NCBI GenBank assembly: GCA_934122155.1
Contig: CAKOVX010000002.1
Coordinates: 1,437 to 65,436, forward strand
Source of the DNA: an uncultured Clostridia bacterium
Lineage (GTDB): Bacteria; Bacillota; Clostridia; TANB77; CAG-508
Direction: 5' to 3'
Length of the DNA: 64,000 nucleotides
In this document: in pieces, positions 21,700-31,174 of the stretch
Layout of the letters: the number at the start of each line of letters is the position of its first letter
Position numbering within the stretch: the stretch's first letter is position 1
Made by a program: the position numbers and the translations under genes
The notes under the pieces: model-generated
Databases searched by the model: none
What the model saw: the letters and a program-made list of their open reading frames with translations, nothing else
What the model was told of the DNA's origin: nothing

Positions 21700-22509
21700 C
21701 TATTTTATTGCTATTATTGCCCCATTTACTCCAAAGCTTTTTCCATCTGCTCTATATGAATGAAACTCTTTTGAATGACACATTGTACAAATATTACTGT
21801 CTATTATATTTTCCGTTTTTAATCCTATATTTTTTAATGACTCTATGTTAATTTTTACTGTATCAATATAGTATTTCTGCTTTTCTTCTTTTTTGTCTCC
21901 TAGTTTAATTATTTCATCAATGTTTTTTAACTCTTTGTATTTATTATAAAATAAGTCTTTTACATCTTCATCAACTTCAAAACAACATTGTCTTATACTT
22001 GGACATATACAGCATATAATATTTTCTGGTTTACTCTGATATTCAGTTACCATCTTTTCTATTGCTTTTACTATTATTCCTTTTAAAGTACCTTTCCAAC
22101 CTGAATGAATACTCCCTATAGCTTTTTTTACTGGGTCATACAAAAGCATTGAAATGCAGTCTGCAGAAGTTGTAAGTAATGTAATATTTTTTTTATCAGT
22201 GACTATTCCATCAACATCCTTTAGTTCATCAGTTGTTTTTACTTCCTCGACTTTTTCTACTATATCTGTATGGGTTTGGTATGGCCTTACAATTTGTGCA
22301 TTTTTTAAATTTAAACTCTTTAATATTTTATCACAACTTTGCTTAAAAAAGTCACGATTTTTTATTTGAAAATTCAACTGGTTATTACTTCTCATTGTAT
22401 AACAATGTATTATTTCTGGATACTCTAACAATTTTCTAAACTGAATATATTCAATTCCATTTCTATTTTCATATACTATATTCTCCACTTGTAGTTTACT
22501 TCCTCCCAT
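21700..22509 (-). CDS. pgeF: peptidoglycan editing factor PgeF / YfiH (DUF152)
   Basis: TADC...HSGWKG...CTMC conserved His/Cys pattern. Confidence 0.85.
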   Translation of the reverse strand: MGGSKLQVENIVYENRNGIEYIQFRKLLEYPEIIHCYTMRSNNQLNFQIKNRDFFKQSCDKILKSLNLKNAQIVRPYQTHTDIVEKVEEVKTTDELKDVDGIVTDKKNITLLTTSADCISMLLYDPVKKAIGSIHSGWKGTLKGIIVKAIEKMVTEYQSKPENIICCICPSIRQCCFEVDEDVKDLFYNKYKELKNIDEIIKLGDKKEEKQKYYIDTVKINIESLKNIGLKTENIIDSNICTMCHSKEFHSYRADGKSFGVNGAIIAIK

Positions 22510-22521
22510 ATTAAGTTATTC

Positions 22522-22551
22522 TTGACAAATTTTAATCAATTGTTATATAAT
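22522..22551 (+). promoter_or_regulatory. near-consensus sigma-A promoter driving a short terminated RNA
   Basis: TTGACA, 17-18 nt, TATAAT. Confidence 0.55.
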
Positions 22552-22555
22552 AATA

Positions 22556-22643
22556 ATAGGAAATGAAAAACCACAAACGTGGTTTGCCATATAAAATGCA
22601 AAAAGCGCATCTACAACGGTCAAATTACAGATGCGTTTTTTTT
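22556..22643 (+). ncRNA. candidate small RNA of about 88 nt (putative type I antitoxin RNA)
   Basis: Promoter at 22522; internal hairpin aaaccacaaacgtggttt; terminator 22605..22643 shared with the convergent peptide gene. Confidence 0.35.
22605..22643. terminator. bidirectional terminator
   Basis: cgcatct/agatgcg stem flanked by A4 and T8. Confidence 0.6.
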
Positions 22644-22649
22644 ATTGGT

Positions 22650-22772
22650 TTATTTCTGTTTACTCAAAATTACAGCTAATACTATAATTAAGGCAAACGT
22701 AATGATAGTTACTCCAATTAAAGAATAATATAATATGTATATTGTTGCAATTAATGATTGTATTTCTACCAT
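22650..22772 (-). CDS. 40-aa hydrophobic peptide with lysine-rich C-terminus (candidate type I toxin)
   Basis: MVEIQSLIATIYILYYSLIGVTIITFALIIVLAVILSKQK; AAGGAGGTG RBS 6 nt upstream, which can pair with the upstream CCUCCU; not in the ORF track because it is under 60 aa. Confidence 0.5.
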   Translation of the reverse strand: MVEIQSLIATIYILYYSLIGVTIITFALIIVLAVILSKQK

Positions 22773-22857
22773 ACGCCTCACCTCCTTGTAGGAGGCAAAC
22801 CACATCTGTCTTTTTCATTTCCTATAATTATATAGTACAACATTTACTTATAAATGT

Positions 22858-25800
22858 CTAGCGAACACTTGAAATTTTTTCCAATACTTTTTCCTTATTA
22901 ACATTTGGTATGTAATTATAATTATTTTTTGTAGTTTGATTAAACTGACAAATCGCCTTATAACTACAATATTCGCAAGGTGTTTTCTTATCCCTAGTTC
23001 TATAATATGGTTCAATTCCAATATTTCCATTTAAAATTTCTTCTGAAATTTGTTTTATGATTTTTTTCATATAATTTTGTAAGTTTTCAAATTGTTTTCT
23101 ATTTAATGTATTTGGTTTGTCACTAACCTCTCCGTCTTTGCCTATATATGCTGGAACAATATTAGAACTACCAGATACTAAATTCGTGTCCATTTTTCTT
23201 ACAATATTACTATCTACAAGTATAAGCCCTTGCATTTTAAATTGTTTTCTTAGTTCTTCTGTAATTTCTTCATCAGTCATATTTGGATTTGCATTTAATA
23301 CTGGGTCTATTAAATTAAAATACAATGCGCCTGCTGGTGTTACTTCTTCATTTTCACAAGCAGCATCCAAATATGTTAATAATTGAAGTTGCAAACCTGC
23401 ATATACTTCATTTAAATTTATATTTTTTATTGATGATTTATAATCTATTATTCTAATATAATTTCCCTCTGCAGTTTTTGCAATATCTAGTCTATCAATT
23501 TTTCCAGTTATCTCAACTTTTTTACCATCTTTTAATTCATATATAATTGGCTCATATTGGCCACCTTGTTTAAATTCAAGTTCATGTCCTATTACTTCAA
23601 AGTCACTATATTTTAAACTATCTACAATATATTTCATAGATTTCGTAATTACTTTTTTTAGTCTTTGAGCTAATATTCTGTATTTTGGAATACTATTAAA
23701 TATATCATATTTTTTTAATGTTAGTTTTTCTTCAACAATATCTTCTGTAATTTGTTTTATTTGTTCTTCTTCAATATTTTTTACAGATATGTTTAATTCA
23801 TCTAATCTTTCGAAAAAGCTATCTATTACTTCATGCATTAAGTTTCCTGTATCAACAGCCTCAACATTAAAGCTATCTTTTTCTTTTAATTTTAGTCCGT
23901 ATTTTAAATAATATGAAAAAGCACAAGCTTGATATTGTTCTAGTCTTGACACACTTGTTTTTAAAGTATTGCCATATAATTTTTCCAATTTATTTTGCTT
24001 TAATTTTTCTGGCTCATTTTTATATTGTAAAGCTTTTATTGCTGACTCTAATTTTGTTTTATAATTAGCTTGATAATAATTGTATACATCGAACCAAATA
24101 GGTTCTATTTCCTCACCCTGTGTAAAATTTCTTAAATTTACTAATAATTCATCAAATGTAGTTTTAGAAAGTAATACTTCACTTTTTCTTTCTATTACAT
24201 CACTTTGTTCTTTTATATTAGGAAATATTCTTTTAATTTTATTTATTAATATTGACGCTCTTAAAGATTTTCCCTCTGCATCTGATGAAGCATAAGATAA
24301 ATAAAGTTTTTCTTCTGCTGTTGTAAATGCCTTGTAAATATTAAAATTGTCGTCATAAATTTGCTCTATTGTTCCTTTTGCAAGTTCTATTCCTTGCTCT
24401 TTTAATATATTTCTATCTTTATCGTCTAAAAATCCTTCATCTTTTTGTATACTTGGAAAGCTTCCATCATTTAAACCTATAATAAATACTGCCTTTACTT
24501 TATGTGATCTTGAACGGTCTACATCTCCTACTATTACTTGGTCTGCAGTTGCAGGAATTGTGCCTAAGTCACTTTGGTTAAATCCCATTTTTAATATTTT
24601 TGCATATCTATCAAAAGTTATATTTTTATTGCCTAAAACTAGTACTATTTCATCGAATAAATCGGTTAAAATTTTAATACTTAATTCATATTGTTTTGCA
24701 ATTTCTAGTTCATTATTTTGTTTCAATTCTTCAATTTTTTGTTCTAGCTTTTCATATATATTATTTTGGACTAAAAATTCATATAATCCAGTCGTTATTT
24801 CTTTTACTGTTTTTAATCCTGCTAACTGTTTTTTGAATTTCAAAAGAGGTTCTACAACTTTATCTCTTGCATATATTATTTGCTTTTGTTGCTCTTCTGT
24901 TTCATTGTAAAAGTTCCATTCTTTTGCATGCCATTTACTTCCTTTTATGCCCCATTTTAAGCAATAATTTTCTAATACTGCTATTTCTTGTGTATCTAAA
25001 TCTAGTAACCCTGTTTTTATATATCCAAAAACAGATTCATAAGACCAGTTCTTTGCAAATATTTCTAATAAAGATAATACATATCTTACTAAAATATTAC
25101 TTCCTAAGTCTTTTTTCTCATCTATAAAAACTGGTATATTATATTGCTCAAAAATTGCTTTGCATAAACTTGAATATGTTTCTATGTTTTTTGTAATTAC
25201 AGCCATTTCTTCATATTTGTAGCCTTTTTTTGCAAGTTTTGTTATTTGTATTGCAACATTTTCTATTTCAGAATATGGATTACTTGCCAAAAATATAGAT
25301 AAGTTTTCATTTTGTTTGTCATATTTTTTATAAAAAGGAGAGGCCATATCTTCTGCTAGATGTTGTAATTCTTCAGTTTTAAATCTATATGGTGTATTTA
25401 AAAAAATTGGTTTTTCTACTTCTATTTGCTCTTGGTTTGCAATTTCTAAAATCCTTTTTGCTGTTTGTTTATTACTATAAAATGTGTCTATATCAGCATT
25501 TGTATTTTCTTGTAAATTATCTGCACAAATTGTTATTGTAATTTTATGTGATATTCTCATAAGTTTTCTTAAAATTTCATATTCTTGCAAAGTGAAACCT
25601 GCAAATTCGTCAATATATATATCACAATTTTTAAATTCATTTGATTCTTCTAGCTCTTCTGCTAAAAGAGTTAACCCATCATTTTCGTCAATATATTGAT
25701 TTTGAATTGAAGTGTTATATAAATCATATAAATTTGTAATATCTTCAAGCTTTTTTTGTAGATATTTATCTTGAGTATTTTTAGTAACTTCTTTTAATGT

Positions 25801-26202
25801 ATCTAGCTGAACTTGATGTTTTTTTAGCTCAGTTAATTGTCTTGATATCATTTCTACATTTTCATCTGATTTGCCTAAAAATGAAAACTTATTGTTTTCC
25901 GTTAGTAAAATGTGGTCTATAAGCATTGCCTTGCCTGAACCTGATAAATTTATTCTTGTTTTTTTGCCTACTTCTCCTAAGATTCTATATGCCATACGTG
26001 CAAATGTAATTACTTCTGCTGAAATCATACTTTGTGAAGAAGATGTTTCAAGTAATTTTTGCTCTGCTGTATATGAAAATTGTTCTGGTGTAATTACTTT
26101 TATTTTGTATGGACTTTTTTGTTTTATTTGTTCATTTATTTGGTTAAAAATATATGTACTTTTTCCTGTACCTGATGTTCCATATACAATTTGAATACTC
26201 AA
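22858..26202 (-). CDS. addB: ATP-dependent helicase/deoxyribonuclease subunit B
   Basis: N-terminal GTSGTGKST P-loop; C-terminal PD-(D/E)XK nuclease with a CEYCSYKAIC Fe-S motif; 1114 aa. Confidence 0.9.
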   Translation of the reverse strand: MSIQIVYGTSGTGKSTYIFNQINEQIKQKSPYKIKVITPEQFSYTAEQKLLETSSSQSMISAEVITFARMAYRILGEVGKKTRINLSGSGKAMLIDHILLTENNKFSFLGKSDENVEMISRQLTELKKHQVQLDTLKEVTKNTQDKYLQKKLEDITNLYDLYNTSIQNQYIDENDGLTLLAEELEESNEFKNCDIYIDEFAGFTLQEYEILRKLMRISHKITITICADNLQENTNADIDTFYSNKQTAKRILEIANQEQIEVEKPIFLNTPYRFKTEELQHLAEDMASPFYKKYDKQNENLSIFLASNPYSEIENVAIQITKLAKKGYKYEEMAVITKNIETYSSLCKAIFEQYNIPVFIDEKKDLGSNILVRYVLSLLEIFAKNWSYESVFGYIKTGLLDLDTQEIAVLENYCLKWGIKGSKWHAKEWNFYNETEEQQKQIIYARDKVVEPLLKFKKQLAGLKTVKEITTGLYEFLVQNNIYEKLEQKIEELKQNNELEIAKQYELSIKILTDLFDEIVLVLGNKNITFDRYAKILKMGFNQSDLGTIPATADQVIVGDVDRSRSHKVKAVFIIGLNDGSFPSIQKDEGFLDDKDRNILKEQGIELAKGTIEQIYDDNFNIYKAFTTAEEKLYLSYASSDAEGKSLRASILINKIKRIFPNIKEQSDVIERKSEVLLSKTTFDELLVNLRNFTQGEEIEPIWFDVYNYYQANYKTKLESAIKALQYKNEPEKLKQNKLEKLYGNTLKTSVSRLEQYQACAFSYYLKYGLKLKEKDSFNVEAVDTGNLMHEVIDSFFERLDELNISVKNIEEEQIKQITEDIVEEKLTLKKYDIFNSIPKYRILAQRLKKVITKSMKYIVDSLKYSDFEVIGHELEFKQGGQYEPIIYELKDGKKVEITGKIDRLDIAKTAEGNYIRIIDYKSSIKNINLNEVYAGLQLQLLTYLDAACENEEVTPAGALYFNLIDPVLNANPNMTDEEITEELRKQFKMQGLILVDSNIVRKMDTNLVSGSSNIVPAYIGKDGEVSDKPNTLNRKQFENLQNYMKKIIKQISEEILNGNIGIEPYYRTRDKKTPCEYCSYKAICQFNQTTKNNYNYIPNVNKEKVLEKISSVR

Positions 26203-26220
26203 AACTCTCTCCCTCCAATT

Positions 26221-27084
26221 TTATGCTTCGCGTTTCCAATAGAATAGATACTGCTGTGCTAGTCCTGCTAGATCTCCATATTTTTCTGTCGCCAGCTTTT
26301 CTATTGCATCTCTTTTTAGTTTTGTTTCATCTGGTAATTTGAAATATAGTTCATTCATAACTCTTCTTACCCATACATCTACTGGAAATACATCTAAACA
26401 TTTTAATGTTGAAAATAACATTATACAGTCTGCTACTTTTGGTCCAACTCCTGGTAACGTTAACAAAGTCTCTTTTATTTTTTTACTATCTGTTTCTTGT
26501 TCTAATTTTTCTAAATCTATTTGTCTTGATATAACTAGTTTTGTCGTGTCATATATTCTTTTATCTCTAAACCCTAATCCTAATGCTCTTAAATCTTCTA
26601 CACCTGCTTTTGACAATTGTTCTGGTGTTGGAAATGTATAATATTCATTTCCTTTCCATTCAATTTTGTTTCCATATCTTCTTGCCATTCTTTCTATTAT
26701 GCCTTTTATTCTTGGAATATTATTGTTAGCTGAGATTATGAAAGATATTGTTGTTTCCCACAAATCTTGATTTAGTAACCTTATTCCGCTTCCATAATCA
26801 ATGCTATTTTTTAAAGGTTCATCTATTTTAGATAATTTATTTTTTATATCATCATAATCTCTATCTAAATCAAAATATTTTGTTACTATTTCTTTTATAT
26901 CCCCATCACAAATACCATCAAATATAATTTGATGGTTTTGTTCTTTTACATTTAATACATTATTTTTGAAAACTCCTGTATAACTTCCATCTAGCTCTTC
27001 ATTCCATCTAAAGCACTGTCCACATTCAAATATGTGCTTCAACACAAAGCTTCCGTTGTTTTCTATTTTGTATTGTTGTTCCAT
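26221..27084 (-). CDS. ogg: 8-oxoguanine DNA glycosylase/AP lyase (Ogg, HhH-GPD)
   Basis: LPGVGPKVADCIMLF HhH-GPD motif with a conserved Asp. Confidence 0.8.
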   Translation of the reverse strand: MEQQYKIENNGSFVLKHIFECGQCFRWNEELDGSYTGVFKNNVLNVKEQNHQIIFDGICDGDIKEIVTKYFDLDRDYDDIKNKLSKIDEPLKNSIDYGSGIRLLNQDLWETTISFIISANNNIPRIKGIIERMARRYGNKIEWKGNEYYTFPTPEQLSKAGVEDLRALGLGFRDKRIYDTTKLVISRQIDLEKLEQETDSKKIKETLLTLPGVGPKVADCIMLFSTLKCLDVFPVDVWVRRVMNELYFKLPDETKLKRDAIEKLATEKYGDLAGLAQQYLFYWKREA

Positions 27085-27097
27085 TTTTTATTCCTCT

Positions 27098-28606
27098 TTA
27101 TCTTATCCGCCACGTCGCTTGCACTGTTGAGATATCAAAATAAAATTCTACTCCATTAGAAAGATTTTGCACGCCGTATTCATTTTGATAATTATTTTGT
27201 ATAGCTTTTACTATTGATAATCCTATTCCGCTTCCGCTATTTTCACGGTTACGTGAATCGTCCACTTTATAGAATCTGCCCCATACCCTTGTCAAATCTT
27301 CTTCTGGTATTTTATCTCCTGTATTAAATACAGTTACTCTAATTTTATTTTTTACATTTTGTATTGAAATTTTTATTTGTTTTTTTCCATTTACTTCTCT
27401 TGCATGTTTTATTGCATTTGTAAAATAGTTAGTTACAACTTGCTCTATATAAAATTCATCAGCATACACATATATAGGTTCTTTTTCATCAAATACCATT
27501 TGTATTTGGTTTTCTTCTAACATTACATTGCATTTTCTAACAACTTCATTTATTAACTCAACAATATCAAACTCTTCATCATCAAATTCTCTTTTTCCAT
27601 ATTCAAGCTTCATTAATTCTAATAATTGTTTTACTAATACATCCATTTTGTTTGATTCGTCTAGTATTACTTCTGCATAAAATTTTCTAGACTCATCATC
27701 AGTGTTTACATTTTCTATTAAGCCTTCAGCATACCCTTGAATTAATGCTATTGGAGTTTTTAGTTCATGTGATACATCTGATATAAATTGTTTTCTCATT
27801 TCATCTATTTTAGACTTTTGTTCTATGTCTTTTTCAAGCTCATTATTAGTTTCTCTTAGTTGGTTTATTGTAGTCTCAAGTTTGTCAGACATAGTATTTA
27901 TGTTTTTTCCCAGCTCATTTATTTCATCATCTGAATCATTTATTCTATATTTTTGTTCAAAATCAAGTCTGGCCATTTTTTTAGTAATATCATTTAATTG
28001 TAGTATTGGTTCTGTAAATTTTCTAGATATTAGTGAAGCTACAAATGCTGATATAATTATAGTTGCTGCTCCTATTATAATTAATGTACGATTTGAAATT
28101 CTTACACTTTCTTCAATAGGCGCTATTGGTATTCTTATGTATAAGCTATATCCATTATCTAACTTTCCATATAATAATATATAATTTAAGCTATTACTAG
28201 TATCATCAATTTTTCTTATAGTCATTTTTTCATCTGTATAAAGCAAGTTTTTTCTTTCTTCCGCATGAGTTTTATACTTTTCTTTTGCCAATTCTATACT
28301 TGATAAAAAATCTTTATTAGTAGTAAATAATATTAAGTCTGTATCTGATTGTATTAAAATATCGAAATTATTTCTAAAAGCTGTTTTTTTCAACTCAGTT
28401 TCTAAATTTATTTCTAAATCTGGTTCTTTATAATAATTATTTATTTTACTATATAACTCTTTAATTGTATTGGTTTTGTTATAAATATAAAAATTTTCTA
28501 ACACTAAACTATTTATAGCTATTAAGCATATTACCAAAAGTATAGTAACCACACAAAGTACTAAAAATAATCTAACCCTTACTGATTTTAATTTTTCTTT
28601 TAACAT
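27098..28606 (-). CDS. sensor histidine kinase (HAMP-HisKA-HATPase)
   Basis: SHELKTPIALIQGYAEGL H-box and G-box GSGIGLSIV; two TM helices. Confidence 0.9.
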   Translation of the reverse strand: MLKEKLKSVRVRLFLVLCVVTILLVICLIAINSLVLENFYIYNKTNTIKELYSKINNYYKEPDLEINLETELKKTAFRNNFDILIQSDTDLILFTTNKDFLSSIELAKEKYKTHAEERKNLLYTDEKMTIRKIDDTSNSLNYILLYGKLDNGYSLYIRIPIAPIEESVRISNRTLIIIGAATIIISAFVASLISRKFTEPILQLNDITKKMARLDFEQKYRINDSDDEINELGKNINTMSDKLETTINQLRETNNELEKDIEQKSKIDEMRKQFISDVSHELKTPIALIQGYAEGLIENVNTDDESRKFYAEVILDESNKMDVLVKQLLELMKLEYGKREFDDEEFDIVELINEVVRKCNVMLEENQIQMVFDEKEPIYVYADEFYIEQVVTNYFTNAIKHAREVNGKKQIKISIQNVKNKIRVTVFNTGDKIPEEDLTRVWGRFYKVDDSRNRENSGSGIGLSIVKAIQNNYQNEYGVQNLSNGVEFYFDISTVQATWRIR

Positions 28607-28620
28607 TATTTTACTCCGTT

Positions 28621-29298
28621 TTATTTAACTTCAAATTTATAGCCTACGCCTCTCATTGTCTCTATGTATTTACCTTTTTTGCCCAACTTATGTCTTATTT
28701 TTTTGATATGACTGTCAATAGTTCTTGAATCTCCATAATAATCATAATTCCATACATTATTTAATATTTTGTCTCTGGATAAAGCAATTCCCTCATTGTC
28801 TAATAGATATTTTAATAATTCGTATTCTCTAAGGCTCATTTCTATTGGCTTATCATCCACTTTAACGGTTCTTCCATCTGGGTCTATTACAATTCCACCA
28901 TAATCCTTTACTTCTGTTTTGTCTCCCATTGTTCTTTTTAATATAGCTTCAACTCTTGCTACTAAAATTTTAGGGCTAAATGGCTTTGCAATATATTCAT
29001 CTACTCCAAGTTCAAATCCAAATAGTTCATCTTGTTCTTCTCCTCGGGCTGTAAGCATTATAATTGGTACTTTTGAACTTTGTCTTATTTGTCTAAGTAC
29101 TGACCAACCATCTAATTTTGGCATCATTACATCTAGCAATATAAGGTTAATATGACTTTTATTTTCTTCATATACTTTAAGAGCCTCTTCTCCATCTCCA
29201 GCTTCTAATATACTATATCCTTTTTGTGTCAAAAAATCCTTTATTAATTTTCTCATTCTTGATTCGTCATCTACTACTAAAATAGTAATGTTATTCAT
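28621..29298 (-). CDS. OmpR-family response regulator
   Basis: MNNITILVVDDE... receiver plus winged helix; GGAGG RBS supports the start at 29298 rather than the ORF-track start at 29322. Confidence 0.9.
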   Translation of the reverse strand: MNNITILVVDDESRMRKLIKDFLTQKGYSILEAGDGEEALKVYEENKSHINLILLDVMMPKLDGWSVLRQIRQSSKVPIIMLTARGEEQDELFGFELGVDEYIAKPFSPKILVARVEAILKRTMGDKTEVKDYGGIVIDPDGRTVKVDDKPIEMSLREYELLKYLLDNEGIALSRDKILNNVWNYDYYGDSRTIDSHIKKIRHKLGKKGKYIETMRGVGYKFEVK

Positions 29299-29419
29299 AT
29301 ACCTTTCCTCCCAAATATACATAACTATTATATATTATACAAAGGTTTTATGTCTAGACTGTGAACAAAAAAAGAAAAAATTGCCATTAAATTTCAATAG
29401 CAATTTTATAATTTTCAAA

Positions 29420-30424
29420 TTATACTATATATTTAATTTCATTGCTTGGAAAATACCTTTTCATTAAATCTCTTAAAAATATTTCAGCTTCTTGCCTTAC
29501 ATCTTTGTTATATGTGTATTTTCCCTTTCCCCTTCCAGTCATTATTTCTTGATTATATAGGCTCATTTGCTTTGGAAATGCTTCTTGATTTATCATTCTA
29601 TGCACATAACTATATGTCATAAATATTATTTCAAAAAATACATCTTTTTTTACCTGTTCTGATAAGTTTTCTGCCAAATATTGTACTAATTCTGTATATT
29701 GCTTTTTCCAGTCTTCTACTAAAATTACAGGTGCAATTAGAATACCCAGTTTATATCCTGCGTCTTTTAATTTGTTTATTGCCCTTACTCTATTTTCTAA
29801 AGGTGAGGTTCCAATCTCAACTGTTCTAATTATTTCTTTTGGATTTACACTCATTCTTACTATTACTTTTCCTTTATGATCTAGTGGTAAAATTGAATCT
29901 ACCATATCAAACTTAGTTGGAAATGTTAGCAGTCCTTTTGGATTATCTTTAAAATTTTCAATTGTCCATACTAAATTATTAGTAATTGTATTTTCTAAAA
30001 TCAAATCACTATTGCTTCCTATTTCAAAAGTCAAATCTTTATCTGCCTCATTTGCTACCTTTATTATTTTTTCTAGCATTTGTTCTCTATTAACAAATAG
30101 TCTTAAATATGCACATTTGTTATAATTGCAAACTAAGTAGCAGTATAAACACATTGCTATACAGCCTGATGAAGTATATGGAACTAAAAAATCTGATGTT
30201 TTATGATTTGGTACAAATTTGTGTGTTTTTCTGACTCCAATTATTAAATTTTGTTTCATTTGTGGAAATTCACTATTCTGCTTTTTTCTCATTTCTTCTA
30301 TATTATTATGATTTTCTATTTCAATACATTGTATTCCCTTTTCTCTATATCTTTGTAAAAGTTCTTTTCCGAGTTCATAATTTTCACTGTCTTTTTCGTA
30401 ATAAACTGCTTTAGGCAAGAACAT
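29420..30424 (-). CDS. splB: spore photoproduct lyase (radical SAM)
   Basis: CIAMCLYC CX3CX2C cluster; 334 aa, typical SplB length. Confidence 0.88.
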   Translation of the reverse strand: MFLPKAVYYEKDSENYELGKELLQRYREKGIQCIEIENHNNIEEMRKKQNSEFPQMKQNLIIGVRKTHKFVPNHKTSDFLVPYTSSGCIAMCLYCYLVCNYNKCAYLRLFVNREQMLEKIIKVANEADKDLTFEIGSNSDLILENTITNNLVWTIENFKDNPKGLLTFPTKFDMVDSILPLDHKGKVIVRMSVNPKEIIRTVEIGTSPLENRVRAINKLKDAGYKLGILIAPVILVEDWKKQYTELVQYLAENLSEQVKKDVFFEIIFMTYSYVHRMINQEAFPKQMSLYNQEIMTGRGKGKYTYNKDVRQEAEIFLRDLMKRYFPSNEIKYIV

Positions 30425-30470
30425 ATTAAAGTCACCTCTAATATATTCTTGCCTAACATTGTTTAATTAT

Positions 30471-31151
30471 TCAGTTTTCACTGCAAATAAGTGCTTTTAT
30501 TTTTATTCCTTGTTCTGAAAACATTTTCTCATGTTCTGTTTCAATGTTTTCCCAAAAGTCTGGCTCTTTTTGTAAATCTCTTGTAAGTTTTTCAATTTTA
30601 AAACCTGCATTTTCAAAGTAATGTATGCTTTCTTCAAATAAATTATCATCATCTGTTTTAAAATAAATTTTTCCACCAGTTTCTAAGAACTCCTTATAGT
30701 GCTCAAGTTGTCTGGTATATGTTAATCTTTTTTTGTGATGTTTACCTCTTGGCCAAGGGTTACAGAAATTTATGTATATTCCTTCAATTGAGTCTTGTTT
30801 ATTTAAAATTAACAAAATTCTTTCAATATCAAAACGAGTAAGTATAATGTTGTCTATATCTCTATTGCCTTGAGTATATACTTCTTCAACTTTTCTTTTT
30901 GCTAAACCTAGCATTGGATCTACTAAATCAATTGCCAAATAGTTATTTTCCGGATGTAAAAAAGCTTTTTGTGATATGAAGCCACCTTTTCCACATCCTA
31001 GCTCAACAAATAAAGGCTGGTCTGGTCTTGTATATTCATTTTTCCAGTTTCCTATTATTTCTTCTGGATGTTCTCTATAAAATTTACTTTCTTCTAGTTC
31101 TTTTCTAGCCCATGGCTTATATCTAATTCTCAATTTCTTCTCCTTTAACAA
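30471..31151 (-). CDS. trmB: tRNA (guanine46-N7)-methyltransferase
   Basis: ELGCGKGGF SAM motif plus TrmB family features. Confidence 0.9.
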   Translation of the reverse strand: MLKEKKLRIRYKPWARKELEESKFYREHPEEIIGNWKNEYTRPDQPLFVELGCGKGGFISQKAFLHPENNYLAIDLVDPMLGLAKRKVEEVYTQGNRDIDNIILTRFDIERILLILNKQDSIEGIYINFCNPWPRGKHHKKRLTYTRQLEHYKEFLETGGKIYFKTDDDNLFEESIHYFENAGFKIEKLTRDLQKEPDFWENIETEHEKMFSEQGIKIKALICSEN

Positions 31152-31174
31152 AATGTCAGTTAGAGTTAAAAACT

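Noticed and set aside
22563-22679. ORFs of 38 aa and 52 aa starting at the ATG inside the repeated leader (AUAGGAAAUGAAAAA) of both convergent transcripts
   Set aside because: The GGA sits only 2-3 nt before the ATG, so there is no functional Shine-Dalgarno spacing. Downstream sequence is not conserved between the two copies. This is more likely a transcribed leader than coding sequence.
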